From contig CBDFFH010000022.1 of assembly GCA_965246715.1 (NCBI GenBank), forward strand, positions 32,001 to 96,000: a stretch of 64,000 nt of DNA, written 5' to 3'. The stretch is from Chamaesiphon sp. GTDB taxonomy: Bacteria > Cyanobacteriota > Cyanobacteriia > Cyanobacteriales > Chamaesiphonaceae. Both the position numbers and the translations under genes were made by a program. The notes beneath the pieces are model-generated. The model saw nothing but the letters and a program-made list of their open reading frames with translations. It searched no databases and was not told the DNA's origin. This document shows, piece after piece, positions 53,979 through 63,303 of this stretch (its first letter is position 1; each line of letters begins with the position of its first letter).

Positions 53979-54719
53979 TTACAACGTAGGAATTTGCGAA
54001 ATTTGAGTTTTAGCATGAATTGCCAGTCTACCTTGCTGCGCTTCGAGTTTGTGCAGTTGGAGCGATACACCTGGGATGTTGAAGTTTCGCAAGTCTAGTA
54101 AAGCAGTCAGCTGTTCGAAAATCACCATTACTAACTTGAGTGTCAAACCTTGACCCTCAGCCGCTAAAATTTCCAATGAGATCCGATTGCCATTCTCATG
54201 AATCTGCGGGATTGCAGTTGCCGAAAATCTTTTTACCTCATCTTGCTCTCTTAGCAAAAAAGTTGCAGCGATGACAAACTTATTTTCACCAGGCAGATCT
54301 AATGTTGCTTGTTGCACATCGACAGTAACTCGCTCACCATCCATATCCATCTGCAAACCACGTAACTTGGATTGGATATAGTCACAGCCAAAGGCGCGAT
54401 TGATATCTGCTTCAGTCAAAATAATTTGGGCTTCCGCTGCGGTGGGATGGGTGAGTTCGATATTTCCAAATACAGCGCTGAGTGGATTAATCGAGACCTC
54501 ATCGGCACTGATTTTTAATGTTTCCATCCGGAGGTCTTGCTTTACCACCAAGCCCTGTCCGGAAATCTCGATCGAATCAACTTTTCCTTGAATTAAGTCA
54601 ATGGGATTAGTGCGGAGATCGACATCAATTTTTTCGACAGTATCTAGTTGGCTACTAATGCCAGCTTCGACAACTTTGTTTAATGCGATATCACCCAAGT
54701 TGGGATTGTTAGCTCCCAT
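53979..54719 (-). CDS. DUF2993 family protein
   Basis: L.QGKVD.I.I.G, LTEADIN.AF. Confidence 0.8.
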   Translation of the reverse strand: MGANNPNLGDIALNKVVEAGISSQLDTVEKIDVDLRTNPIDLIQGKVDSIEISGQGLVVKQDLRMETLKISADEVSINPLSAVFGNIELTHPTAAEAQIILTEADINRAFGCDYIQSKLRGLQMDMDGERVTVDVQQATLDLPGENKFVIAATFLLREQDEVKRFSATAIPQIHENGNRISLEILAAEGQGLTLKLVMVIFEQLTALLDLRNFNIPGVSLQLHKLEAQQGRLAIHAKTQISQIPTL

Positions 54720-55129
54720 GTGTTAGATCTCCGTTCGATTTCTAAAGTTAGTTACAAGTCATTAAGCTTGTAAACAGAGCTTAACAAAAATCGATGACAA
54801 CTATATCTATCCAAAGAGATACAACCCCTCTATCTCTTCAGATAGAAGGCTTAAGGCTAGAGCGACTGAGTTCGCTTGCAGCTTGACTAGCAAACTCAAC
54901 AAGTAGTATTTAAAGTAACTAAGGAGCCTACCGATCTCGCTCGGTAGAGACAAGAGACTAATTATTAAATTATTAAAATTCAATCAAAAGTTTGCAATCA
55001 AAAACTTATCATTTTTTTGACAACGGCTCGTCTATTCACATTAAAATAAACTACTTAGTAATGAGTATTTAATAAGATGCAGAGCTACGCTTACCCCTAC
55101 CAAAGGAGGAATTGTAAGCTATTTAATTC

Positions 55130-55606
55130 TTATTCCTTAAAGATTGCACCTCTCGATCGTAAATCGCTCACCTGTACGGGCGTTAAGCCGATCGAGTCTC
55201 GAAAGTCACATCTACTGACGATCGCATTCGTCCAAATCGTCTCATTTAATGTCGCCCCACGCAAATCTGCCGCACTCAAATTTGCCCGACTAAAATTCCC
55301 AAAAATCAGATCGGCATCCTGAAAACAGCATTTTGTGAGATTGGCATCCGTCAGATTAGCCCGAATAAAATTCACGCCATCCAACCTCAGTCCTGTCAAA
55401 TCCACACCCATTAATTGCGGAAACTTCATGCGATCGGGATAGCTCAAAAACCGCTCGACACAGCTAATATTACCCTCGCTTGATGTCAGCTGAGTCAATA
55501 GCTTCGCATACCGTAGCAATCCAACTTCTTCCAGCCACTGCAACCGTCGATCGATCGAACTATTTAAAAACTCTTTGGCTGAATTTCGAGAAAAGGTAGT
55601 TGTCAC
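55130..55606 (-). CDS. Pentapeptide repeat protein
   Basis: A(N/D)LXX repeats. Confidence 0.85.
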   Translation of the reverse strand: MTTTFSRNSAKEFLNSSIDRRLQWLEEVGLLRYAKLLTQLTSSEGNISCVERFLSYPDRMKFPQLMGVDLTGLRLDGVNFIRANLTDANLTKCCFQDADLIFGNFSRANLSAADLRGATLNETIWTNAIVSRCDFRDSIGLTPVQVSDLRSRGAIFKE

Positions 55607-55850
55607 AATATTCTGTGGGCACCAGTCGCGCGAACTTATCTCGATCTTAACTTGGTTTATGGTTTTGGGGAGGGGATTCGATCGACTTGTCAGGAATGTA
55701 GTGTGCCCTGGCTGTATCCATCAAATGAGGGACGATAACCAGCCCTCGCGTTCGCGGGTAGACGCGATCGATAAACTTACGCCAATCGATCGTAAGCGAA
55801 TATCGATCGGGAGGAGCCAATGATAACTAAATTAAAATAAATCGGCCATT

Positions 55851-57326
55851 ATGAATAGATTACTCCCGGCTTTTCTAGGTATTGCAACGATTGCCTTAAT
55901 TCAGCCTTATAGTATTGCCGCAGAACCGGGTGCCAATCTAGCGGCAGCCGAGCGATTTCTTTCGGCTGGGGTAAATAAATTTAACAATGGCGATCGACAG
56001 GGTGCGTTGGCTGACTATAACCAAGCAATTCAACTCAACTCTGGATATGCTTTAGCTTATATGAATCGCGGAGTTGTCAAATCGGCACTAGGCGATCGTA
56101 ACGGGGCAATTGCAGACTTCGATCGAGCAATTTTTCTTAATCCACGCTTCGACCGAGCATATAACAATCGAGGTGCGACTAAATACGAACTTGGTAATAA
56201 AAAAAGTGCGATCGAAGACTATACGAAAGCAATTAGTATCAATCCAAAATTTGCTGCTGCCTATTTCAATCGCGGTGCGACTAAATACGAATTGGGGGAA
56301 CGAAGGGCAGCTCTAGCTGACTACAATCTGGCGATCGCCATCGATCCTAGATATGCAGAAGCTTACTACAGTAGGGCAGTCGTTCGGGCAGAGTTGGGCG
56401 ACAAGCATGGGGCAATTGCTGACTACACTATGGCGATCTCTATCGATCGAAAGTATGCTGCCGCTTATTACAATCGCGGTGCGCTGAGGTATGCAATGGG
56501 TCAACATCAAGCAGGTTTAGCCGACTTCGATCTAGCTGTTTCCCTCAATCCTCACTATGCTAATAAAGATTATAGTACGCTAATTGCCACGCCAAATTAC
56601 TATACAACCTTATTCATCTTCAATCCTTGGTATTTTGGCGGTTATTATCATCGCAATCGGGTTGTTTATTACGATCGTGCGATCGTTAATAATCAGATTT
56701 ATATCGACAGTTATTATCAGCAACCGACTGTCATCATTAACACTAGCCCAACGATTCAAGTCAATCCAGTATCCGAACGGCGGAATGGCGATCGCCAAAC
56801 AGTAATTATCAATACCCAAACCACTCAACAGGTGAAACCGCGATCGAATCGGACTGAAACTAATTCTCGAACGGTAACTATTAATAATCAAACTATTCAG
56901 CGTAGCAGCGATCGGATCGAACAAATTCGTCAAACAAATATCATCGAAACTCAAACCGATCGACAGCGCGAACAAAGATCCGAGCGCGGCGAGAATTCGA
57001 TAACTTCTAATAATAATCGATCGATTCAACAGATTAAGCCGCGCTCCGAACGGATCGATAACGTCACTAATGAAGATCGCAATATTCCAGAAGTTAAGCC
57101 GAATTACAATCGAACCGACAATAATCGCAATAATACCGACAACGGATCGATCCAACAGGTTACAACGAGCGAAACTCGGTGGGAACGCAACGATCGCAAT
57201 AACGATCGGAGTACCTCAGCTCCTCAGCGCGATAGTAGTGTCGATCGACAATATCGCGAGCGTACTACTAATAACGATCGAGAGGTAAATACCGATCGCG
57301 GCGAACGGAGATCCAGAAACAGGTAA
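55851..57326 (+). CDS. Secreted TPR protein with a long Arg/Asn/Thr-rich low-complexity tail
   Basis: Signal peptide, 6-7 TPRs, disordered C-terminal ~200 aa. Confidence 0.85.
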   Translation: MNRLLPAFLGIATIALIQPYSIAAEPGANLAAAERFLSAGVNKFNNGDRQGALADYNQAIQLNSGYALAYMNRGVVKSALGDRNGAIADFDRAIFLNPRFDRAYNNRGATKYELGNKKSAIEDYTKAISINPKFAAAYFNRGATKYELGERRAALADYNLAIAIDPRYAEAYYSRAVVRAELGDKHGAIADYTMAISIDRKYAAAYYNRGALRYAMGQHQAGLADFDLAVSLNPHYANKDYSTLIATPNYYTTLFIFNPWYFGGYYHRNRVVYYDRAIVNNQIYIDSYYQQPTVIINTSPTIQVNPVSERRNGDRQTVIINTQTTQQVKPRSNRTETNSRTVTINNQTIQRSSDRIEQIRQTNIIETQTDRQREQRSERGENSITSNNNRSIQQIKPRSERIDNVTNEDRNIPEVKPNYNRTDNNRNNTDNGSIQQVTTSETRWERNDRNNDRSTSAPQRDSSVDRQYRERTTNNDREVNTDRGERRSRNR

Positions 57327-57368
57327 AACCGGCTTGAATTGGAGAATGAAATATTCATCGTTATTTAA

Positions 57369-57398
57369 GGTAGGGGCAATTCATGAATTGCCCCTACC
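57369..57398. repeat. Perfect GTAG-type REP-like palindrome
   Basis: GGTAGGGGCAATTCA|TGAATTGCCCCTACC. Confidence 0.9.
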
Positions 57399-57412
57399 CT
57401 AAATTTGGCGTG

Positions 57413-57545
57413 GGCGTTGCTGAATTAATGTATGAAACGCACAAACAATTTTTGTAGGGGTAATGCCTCGTGCTTACCCCGCATCGATTCAGGGTACTCA
57501 CAAGGGGCACCCCTACAAAAAATCATACCCATATTCAGCAACGCC
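57413..57545. mobile_element. 133-bp MITE (TIR GGCGTTGCTGAAT) with 11-bp target duplication, carrying a REP-like pair
   Basis: AATTTGGCGTG at 57402-57412 and 57546-57556; internal GTAGGGG..CCCCTAC; an extra right TIR at 57584-57596. Confidence 0.85.
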
Positions 57546-57633
57546 AATTTGGCGTGTTTGTCTCTAAAATAAATCAACCCTGAATTCAGCAACGCCATAA
57601 AATCTAATTCGTGCTGTTGCGATCGATCGCCGA

Positions 57634-58479
57634 CTAAGCTCGGAGGTTCGATTGCCGTGCCGAATGTGCCGCACCCAAAGCCACCAAATCGCCACCATGA
57701 GGACTGACTCGAACGGTACAAGCTGCCCAGAGATCGGGAAGAGTACACTGTTGGGCGCTTGCTAATGCAGCATCGAGATAACCTCGGTAGCGTAACGTAC
57801 CGCCGGATAGTTCGAGCGCTTCTGGATTGAAGAGATTAATTAATGTCGCCAAACCCAATCCCAAAGCAGATCCAGCGCGATCGATTGTCTCCAGCACAAT
57901 CGGATCTTTAGCGGCAATTAGCGATGGCAATCGATCGGCATCCAGCCCCAACTGCTGTAAGATTGCCGCACCGCTGGCTTGCGAATCGAGTGTAGCGCCA
58001 TTACTAGCGATCGGAATACTCCCTAATTCCCCCGCCCAGCCATTAGTCCCCCGCAACACTCGTTCGTCCACACAGATGGCTGCACCGATTCCGGTACCTA
58101 CCATTACCACAATCGCTACAGACTTGGGCTGTAAATCGGCAACTACCCGAACTAGTGCGGCTTCGGCATCATTGAGGACGCACACTGGGCAAATCGATTG
58201 TAACGTTAGTGATGGTGCCCAACCGACAAGCTGTGGTAGTACATCACAAGCGATCGTCATCCCGCTCGCATCGACTAATCCTGGTATGGCAATCCCGATA
58301 CTCTGACAGGGAATTGGTATCGATCGCACGAATTCCTCGATCGCGATTTCTGCATCACGTCCAGAAAACTGCTTACCTGTAGCTATTTGCTGACGCGCTT
58401 GGATACCATCCTTCCCCACAGCCACCATCAGCATTTTCGTTCCACCGATATCGATGCCAATTTGGAGCTGTTCTGTCAT
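57634..58479 (-). CDS. ROK family sugar kinase
   Basis: GIDIGGTK, NDA, GTGIG, AGELG. Confidence 0.88.
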   Translation of the reverse strand: MTEQLQIGIDIGGTKMLMVAVGKDGIQARQQIATGKQFSGRDAEIAIEEFVRSIPIPCQSIGIAIPGLVDASGMTIACDVLPQLVGWAPSLTLQSICPVCVLNDAEAALVRVVADLQPKSVAIVVMVGTGIGAAICVDERVLRGTNGWAGELGSIPIASNGATLDSQASGAAILQQLGLDADRLPSLIAAKDPIVLETIDRAGSALGLGLATLINLFNPEALELSGGTLRYRGYLDAALASAQQCTLPDLWAACTVRVSPHGGDLVALGAAHSARQSNLRA

Positions 58480-58484
58480 CTAAA

Positions 58485-59735
58485 TTAACTTGCCAATCGA
58501 ATTCCAGTAAATTGCCACCGTGCCGCAGTGGGGAAAAAATTCCGATAAGTCGATCGAATATGCAAGTGCGAAGTGACGCAGGAACCGCCGCGTAACACCA
58601 TTTGATTGCACATAAACTTGCCGTTATATTCCCCGATCGCGCCGTCGGCAATCTCAAATCCAGGGTAGGGCAAATAGGCACTCTGCGTCCATTCCCATAC
58701 ATCCCCAAAAAATTGATGGTTTCGATCGATCGCAGGTGCTGGATGTAGGCTATCTCGATCGAGAAAATTTCCCGACATTGGTTCGTCAGCCACCGCAACT
58801 TCCCATTCAGCTTCCGTCGGGAGCCGCTTACCGCACCAACTCGCATAAGCATCCGCCTCAAAAAAGCTCACATGACAGACGGGTTCGTTTTCAGCTAATT
58901 TTCTCAAGCCTCCAAGTGTCATCACCCACCACTGGCCATCGATTTCCTCCCAATAAAACGGAGCTTGCCATTGCAGGCTTTGTAGCGTCGCCCAGCCCTC
59001 AGCTAGCCAATATTTCGATTGCTGGTAGCCCCCAGCTTCAATAAATTCCAAATACTCGCCATTAGTCACCAACCGACTGCCTAATCGATAGTCTTGCAGA
59101 TAGGTTTTGTGGCGTGGCGACTCATTATCGAAAGCAAATTCATTACCTTGATACCCGATCTCATACACTCCACCAGCATATTCCAACCATTGATGAGTGC
59201 TGCTGGGAGCATGTTGTGAGCGGGTTAAATCGGAGCGATACACTGGATGAAGCGGATTTAGTGCCAGAATATGTTTGATATCCGTCAGCAGTAATTCTTG
59301 ATGCTGCTGTTCGTGGTGCAATCCCAGCGTAACTAGCGAAGCGATGTGTGGCTCTTCAGCTGTGTTAGCAAGTAATATTGCCATCGATCGATCGACATGC
59401 TCGCGGTAACTATATACTTCCGTTACCGTCGGACGCGAGAGCAATCCTCTGTGATGACGTGGATGTCGATCGCCGATCGCCTCATAATAGGAATTAAATA
59501 AGTAGCCAAACTGGGGATGAAAGACCGTATATCTCGGTAAATGCGGTACGAGCAAAAAGGTTTCAAAAAACCAGGTGGTGTGCGCCAGATGCCATTTGGG
59601 AGGACTCACATCCGGCATACTTTGGATGACATAATCCTCGCTTTCTAGGGGTTTACAGATACTTTCGCTAACTTGTCGAACTTGCTGATATTGGCTGAGT
59701 AAGGATAGTGCTGGAATAGAAATAGTCGATCGCAT
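58485..59735 (-). CDS. egtB: Ergothioneine biosynthesis sulfoxide synthase
   Basis: SPPKWHLAHTTWFFE, HEQQHQELLLTD, FGE-like domain, YNGKFM, YRNFF. Confidence 0.93.
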   Translation of the reverse strand: MRSTISIPALSLLSQYQQVRQVSESICKPLESEDYVIQSMPDVSPPKWHLAHTTWFFETFLLVPHLPRYTVFHPQFGYLFNSYYEAIGDRHPRHHRGLLSRPTVTEVYSYREHVDRSMAILLANTAEEPHIASLVTLGLHHEQQHQELLLTDIKHILALNPLHPVYRSDLTRSQHAPSSTHQWLEYAGGVYEIGYQGNEFAFDNESPRHKTYLQDYRLGSRLVTNGEYLEFIEAGGYQQSKYWLAEGWATLQSLQWQAPFYWEEIDGQWWVMTLGGLRKLAENEPVCHVSFFEADAYASWCGKRLPTEAEWEVAVADEPMSGNFLDRDSLHPAPAIDRNHQFFGDVWEWTQSAYLPYPGFEIADGAIGEYNGKFMCNQMVLRGGSCVTSHLHIRSTYRNFFPTAARWQFTGIRLAS

Positions 59736-60109
59736 AAATATTTTAGGCTGATACTTACAATTGGTTTAACTATTAAAATCTGGATGATTCGATCGCGATC
59801 GTCATATATTTTCGCAAACCACACGACAGAAGATCACATCCAACTAGCCATTTTTGATAACAACAGTCATATCAGTCTCTACAACTACTATACCTATTAA
59901 ATATTAACTAGAGACGATCGCTATTGCCCACCAGCTATTTGGTAGCAATAAGGTAGAGTTTTTCCGAAAGAAAAATCGATATTATTCGGAAAATGTAAAT
60001 CTGCGATCTTCACTACAATAAATAGTACCGATCGCAGTATGATATAGCGGGTGTCAGATCCGAACCGATTGGATGCGATCGTGTCGACCAAACTTATATT
60101 AGGTGCTAA

Positions 60110-61567
60110 ATGAAAAACCTACCGATCGTGACGGGGATTGTTGGCTGCTCGCTAGCATTGAGTTTATCCGGCGAAGCCGCTCGTGCTTCTAGCTTGGGAA
60201 TCGATCCGAGTATTCAAAGCCAGTTTAATATTACGCCGTTTGCTACGGGTTTGGATTTTCCTAATGGGATCGCACAACTCAGCGATGGTTCGCTGTTAGT
60301 CGGCACCAGTCAGGGGAATGGCTACTTCGATCCGCAAGCAAAAGGTCAACTCGTGCGCTTTCAAGATACTAACGGCGATGGTGTTGCCGATAGTAAAACG
60401 GTTTTGTATGACGGATCGAGAGCTGGGAATAATTTACCTGGTGGGATTACCGCAATTCGATCGATCGACAACTACTTATTTGTCGCCAGCGACTTACCCA
60501 GTAAATATCGCATTTCCGTGTTCCAACAGGGCACCGATTTCAGCGCTGATTCTTTGGCTTTAAAAGGTTCGCTCGACTTCGCTTATCCTGCTTCATACAT
60601 CCATCCCTCATCGGCTTTAGCAGTTCGTCAAACTGCAGGACAACAATATGAGCTATTCTTTAATGTCGGCTCGGCTGGAAATAATCAAATAACTACTCCA
60701 GGAACTGTCACTGTCAATAGCGGAATTTTTAATGTTGCGGCAACTCTCAATGGTGATTCTATTTATAAACTGCCGATTACTATTGGTACGTCGAATTTAA
60801 CTATTGCCAACCCCGTGCAAGTTGCGAGTGGATTGCGGAATGCAGCGGCGCTGGAATTCGATCGCATGACAGGCGCTTTGTATATTGGTGACAATGGCAT
60901 CGATGGTTTGACAAATGCTAATAATGCCCTGACAGCAGACGAACTAAATCGATTAACCACCGCTCAGCTTGCTAGTGGCGATATCAAAAACTTTGGGTTT
61001 CCCAATTATAGTGAAAAATACGATAACCCCGGCGTGTATATCGATGGGAACGATCGAATCGTTAGCAAAACCGACCCAAATTGGATCGACCCCCTGGCCA
61101 CTTTTCAGCCACTGACAAACCCACCGCCAGATTCTGATAGTGAAGGGGTTGCGTCGATCTCATTTGCACCCAAAAACTTTCCGACAGGAACGAATAATGG
61201 TGCTTTTGTGGGCTTTTTCGGTCGGTTCGGATATCAATCGGGCGACGATCGCGAAAACCCATTAGTTTACTACGATCTCGATACTGGGCGCTATTTTCAT
61301 TTTCTCAGCAGTAAGTATCCTGGTGGCGATTTCGGTCACTTTACCAACTTATTATCCACTCAAGACACGCTGTTTACTGTAGATATCGCAGCTGGATCTG
61401 GCTCGCTGTTTAGCTCGGCTGGTTTGGGTAAAGGCGCGATTTACCAAATTACATCCTCGTCACTCCCAGCTCAGTCTGTCCCCGAACCATCAACACTCTT
61501 GGGTACGCTCGTCACCCTGGGTTGTGGGATCTGGCTTAAACGCACGGTTAAGCACTCAGGTCGTTAA
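60110..61567 (+). CDS. PEP-CTERM protein with glucose/sorbosone dehydrogenase-like beta-propeller
   Basis: Signal peptide, FATGL..P, ASGLRNA, DELN, NFGFP; C-terminal VPEP-TM-KR. Confidence 0.82.
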   Translation: MKNLPIVTGIVGCSLALSLSGEAARASSLGIDPSIQSQFNITPFATGLDFPNGIAQLSDGSLLVGTSQGNGYFDPQAKGQLVRFQDTNGDGVADSKTVLYDGSRAGNNLPGGITAIRSIDNYLFVASDLPSKYRISVFQQGTDFSADSLALKGSLDFAYPASYIHPSSALAVRQTAGQQYELFFNVGSAGNNQITTPGTVTVNSGIFNVAATLNGDSIYKLPITIGTSNLTIANPVQVASGLRNAAALEFDRMTGALYIGDNGIDGLTNANNALTADELNRLTTAQLASGDIKNFGFPNYSEKYDNPGVYIDGNDRIVSKTDPNWIDPLATFQPLTNPPPDSDSEGVASISFAPKNFPTGTNNGAFVGFFGRFGYQSGDDRENPLVYYDLDTGRYFHFLSSKYPGGDFGHFTNLLSTQDTLFTVDIAAGSGSLFSSAGLGKGAIYQITSSSLPAQSVPEPSTLLGTLVTLGCGIWLKRTVKHSGR

Positions 61568-61754
61568 ACTGGACTAACTTATCGATCGCTTAGCAGCTAC
61601 CGTAGCCGATCGAGATATGCTATGCTAGGCGACATTCGAGTTCTAGTCCGCAGTATCATGCCTGCGATCGTGTTGATGATATTTTCAGTTTTATTAGTAG
61701 ACAGCACTCGTGCTGCTAAGGAGGATGGTCGGATCTAAGTGTTTCGACCATTCG

Positions 61755-61916
61755 GTGCTAGACGTTGAGGCGAGACTAGCTCAGGCTCACAGACTTTCCA
61801 AAGATCGTGCCTATCGCGATGCCTCGGGACTATTTTTTATTGAAGGCGTTCGCAATTTCGTTCGGTTAGTAGATAATAAATTTGAGCTAGCGACGATTTT
61901 ATTTAGTGAGAAATTG
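61755..61916 (+). pseudogene. N-terminal fragment of a TrmH/SpoU RNA methyltransferase cut by the MITE
   Basis: R.YRD.SGLFFIEGVR motif; the frame runs into the MITE TIR and no continuation is visible after 63373. Confidence 0.6.
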
Positions 61917-61959
61917 GGCGTTGCTGAATATGGGTATGATTTTTTGTAGGGGTGCTCCT

Positions 61960-62008
61960 GTCTTGTCGTTTTTTTATTCGGGGGGAACCCCCGAATAAAA
62001 ACGCCGCT
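61960..62008. mobile_element. 49-bp CT-flanked hairpin mini-element (copy B)
   Basis: Removing it restores the uninterrupted MITE sequence (same length, 2 substitutions); ends GTCTTG / CGCCGCT. Confidence 0.8.
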
Positions 62009-62069
62009 TGTGGGTACCCTGAATCGATGCGGGGTAAGCACGAGGCATTACCCCTTGTATCCTAAAGGA

Positions 62070-62285
62070 AGGTCAAAGAGTAAAATCGTAAGACCGAGCA
62101 TCAACAGCAAAAGGGAAAGGGAAATTCGGATTGCCCCTAGGGACACCAAGCCCGTTAAGTAGATCGAATTACCTTAACCTAAACAGTGGAACCAGTCAAA
62201 GCTGGACAGTATCAGAGGTCGTCCCAAACGGGTAAACCTGCATTTACAAGGATAGTTTATCGCCACTAATTGCTGTTGAAGCAGT
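62070..62285 (+). ncRNA. Predicted bridge RNA of the IS110 element (boundaries approximate)
   Basis: Guides ATTGCCCCT (62130-38), GTAG (62159-62), ACAGTATC (62206-13) and TACAAG (62245-50) in the IS621 order; closing stems AATTCG/CGAATT and TCAACAGCAA/TTGCTGTTGA. Confidence 0.85.
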
Positions 62286-62308
62286 CCATTAGCAGATAGG
62301 AACTGGCC

Positions 62309-63301
62309 ATGAGTAATTCAAACGAAGAGTTAGACATACTCGGTATCGACATCAGCAAAGCCAAATTTGACGTAGCCTTACTCAAAAACAACGGCAAAGA
62401 CAAAATCAAAAGCAAGGTATTTGCGAATACCCCAGAAGGGTTTGAGCAATTACAGGAGTGGCTAAACAGCCAAGGAGTAACCAAACTACATGGCTGCATG
62501 GAAGCAACTAGCATTTACGGAAATGCCCTAGCCAGATTTCTAGTTGCAGCAGGATACATCGTAAGTATCGTTAATCCATCCCGTCCAAAAGCATTTGGAC
62601 GAAGTGAATTAAGTCGGACGAAAACCGATCGTGCGGATGCAAAAGTGATTGCCAGATTTGGCGCGGCATTACGCCCAGCACCCTGGACTCCTCCAGCGAT
62701 CGAAGTCGAACAACTTCAAGCTTTGGTTCATCGCTGGGATAGTTTGACTGCCATGCAGCAACAAGAGCAGAATCGACTCGAAACGGTTGACCCAATTTTA
62801 GTCGAGGCGATCGCCGCACATATTGACTTCCTCAAGCAACAAGTTGCTGCGACTCAACAACTGATTCGCGACCATTTCGATCGATCCCCCACTCTTAAAG
62901 CTCAACGAGATTTACTGATTTCGATGCCAGGTATTGCCGCCGCTACTGCAACGGTAATACTAGCCGAAATTCGCGATGTGGCTACCTTTGACAGTGCCGA
63001 CCAGCTTGCTGCTTTTGCGGGTTTGACCCCGCATGAGTTTTCTTCTGGTTCCTCTGTTCATGGCAAACCCCGTTTGTCTAAGATCGGTAACGCTCGTTTG
63101 AGAAAGGCTCTCTATCTGCCTGCGATTGTTGCTCGTCGCGATCATCCCTTGATTCAGGTTTTTTGCGACCGTCTGTTGGCTAAAGGTAAGTCGAAAATGG
63201 CGATGATTGGTGCTGCTATGCACAAACTTCTGCGCCAGGTCTTTGGTGTGCTGAAATCTCAACAACCTTTTGACCCGAATTTTCTTTCTCTTCTCTCTTG
63301 A
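62309..63301 (+). CDS. IS110 family transposase (bridge recombinase)
   Basis: DEDD RuvC-like motifs GIDISK, MEATS, KTDRADA; C-terminal GLTP...SSG catalytic Ser region; intact 330 aa. Confidence 0.96.
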   Translation: MSNSNEELDILGIDISKAKFDVALLKNNGKDKIKSKVFANTPEGFEQLQEWLNSQGVTKLHGCMEATSIYGNALARFLVAAGYIVSIVNPSRPKAFGRSELSRTKTDRADAKVIARFGAALRPAPWTPPAIEVEQLQALVHRWDSLTAMQQQEQNRLETVDPILVEAIAAHIDFLKQQVAATQQLIRDHFDRSPTLKAQRDLLISMPGIAAATATVILAEIRDVATFDSADQLAAFAGLTPHEFSSGSSVHGKPRLSKIGNARLRKALYLPAIVARRDHPLIQVFCDRLLAKGKSKMAMIGAAMHKLLRQVFGVLKSQQPFDPNFLSLLS

Positions 63302-63303
63302 CT
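63298..63303 (+). promoter_or_regulatory. -35 box (TTGACT) of the promoter formed on IS circularisation; pairs with -10 TATCCT at 62058-62063
   Basis: Joining the right end to the left end gives TTGACT-17 bp-TATCCT. Confidence 0.8.

Noticed and set aside
57425..57748. 107-aa minus-strand ORF; similar ORFs at 61811-62041 and 63270-63473
   Set aside because: They are translations of MITE/REP/IS-end sequence.
58485..59735. Selenoneine (senA) or ovothiol (ovoA) assignment
   Set aside because: No selD-like or SenB glycosyltransferase neighbour and no C-terminal methyltransferase domain; motifs fit standard EgtB.
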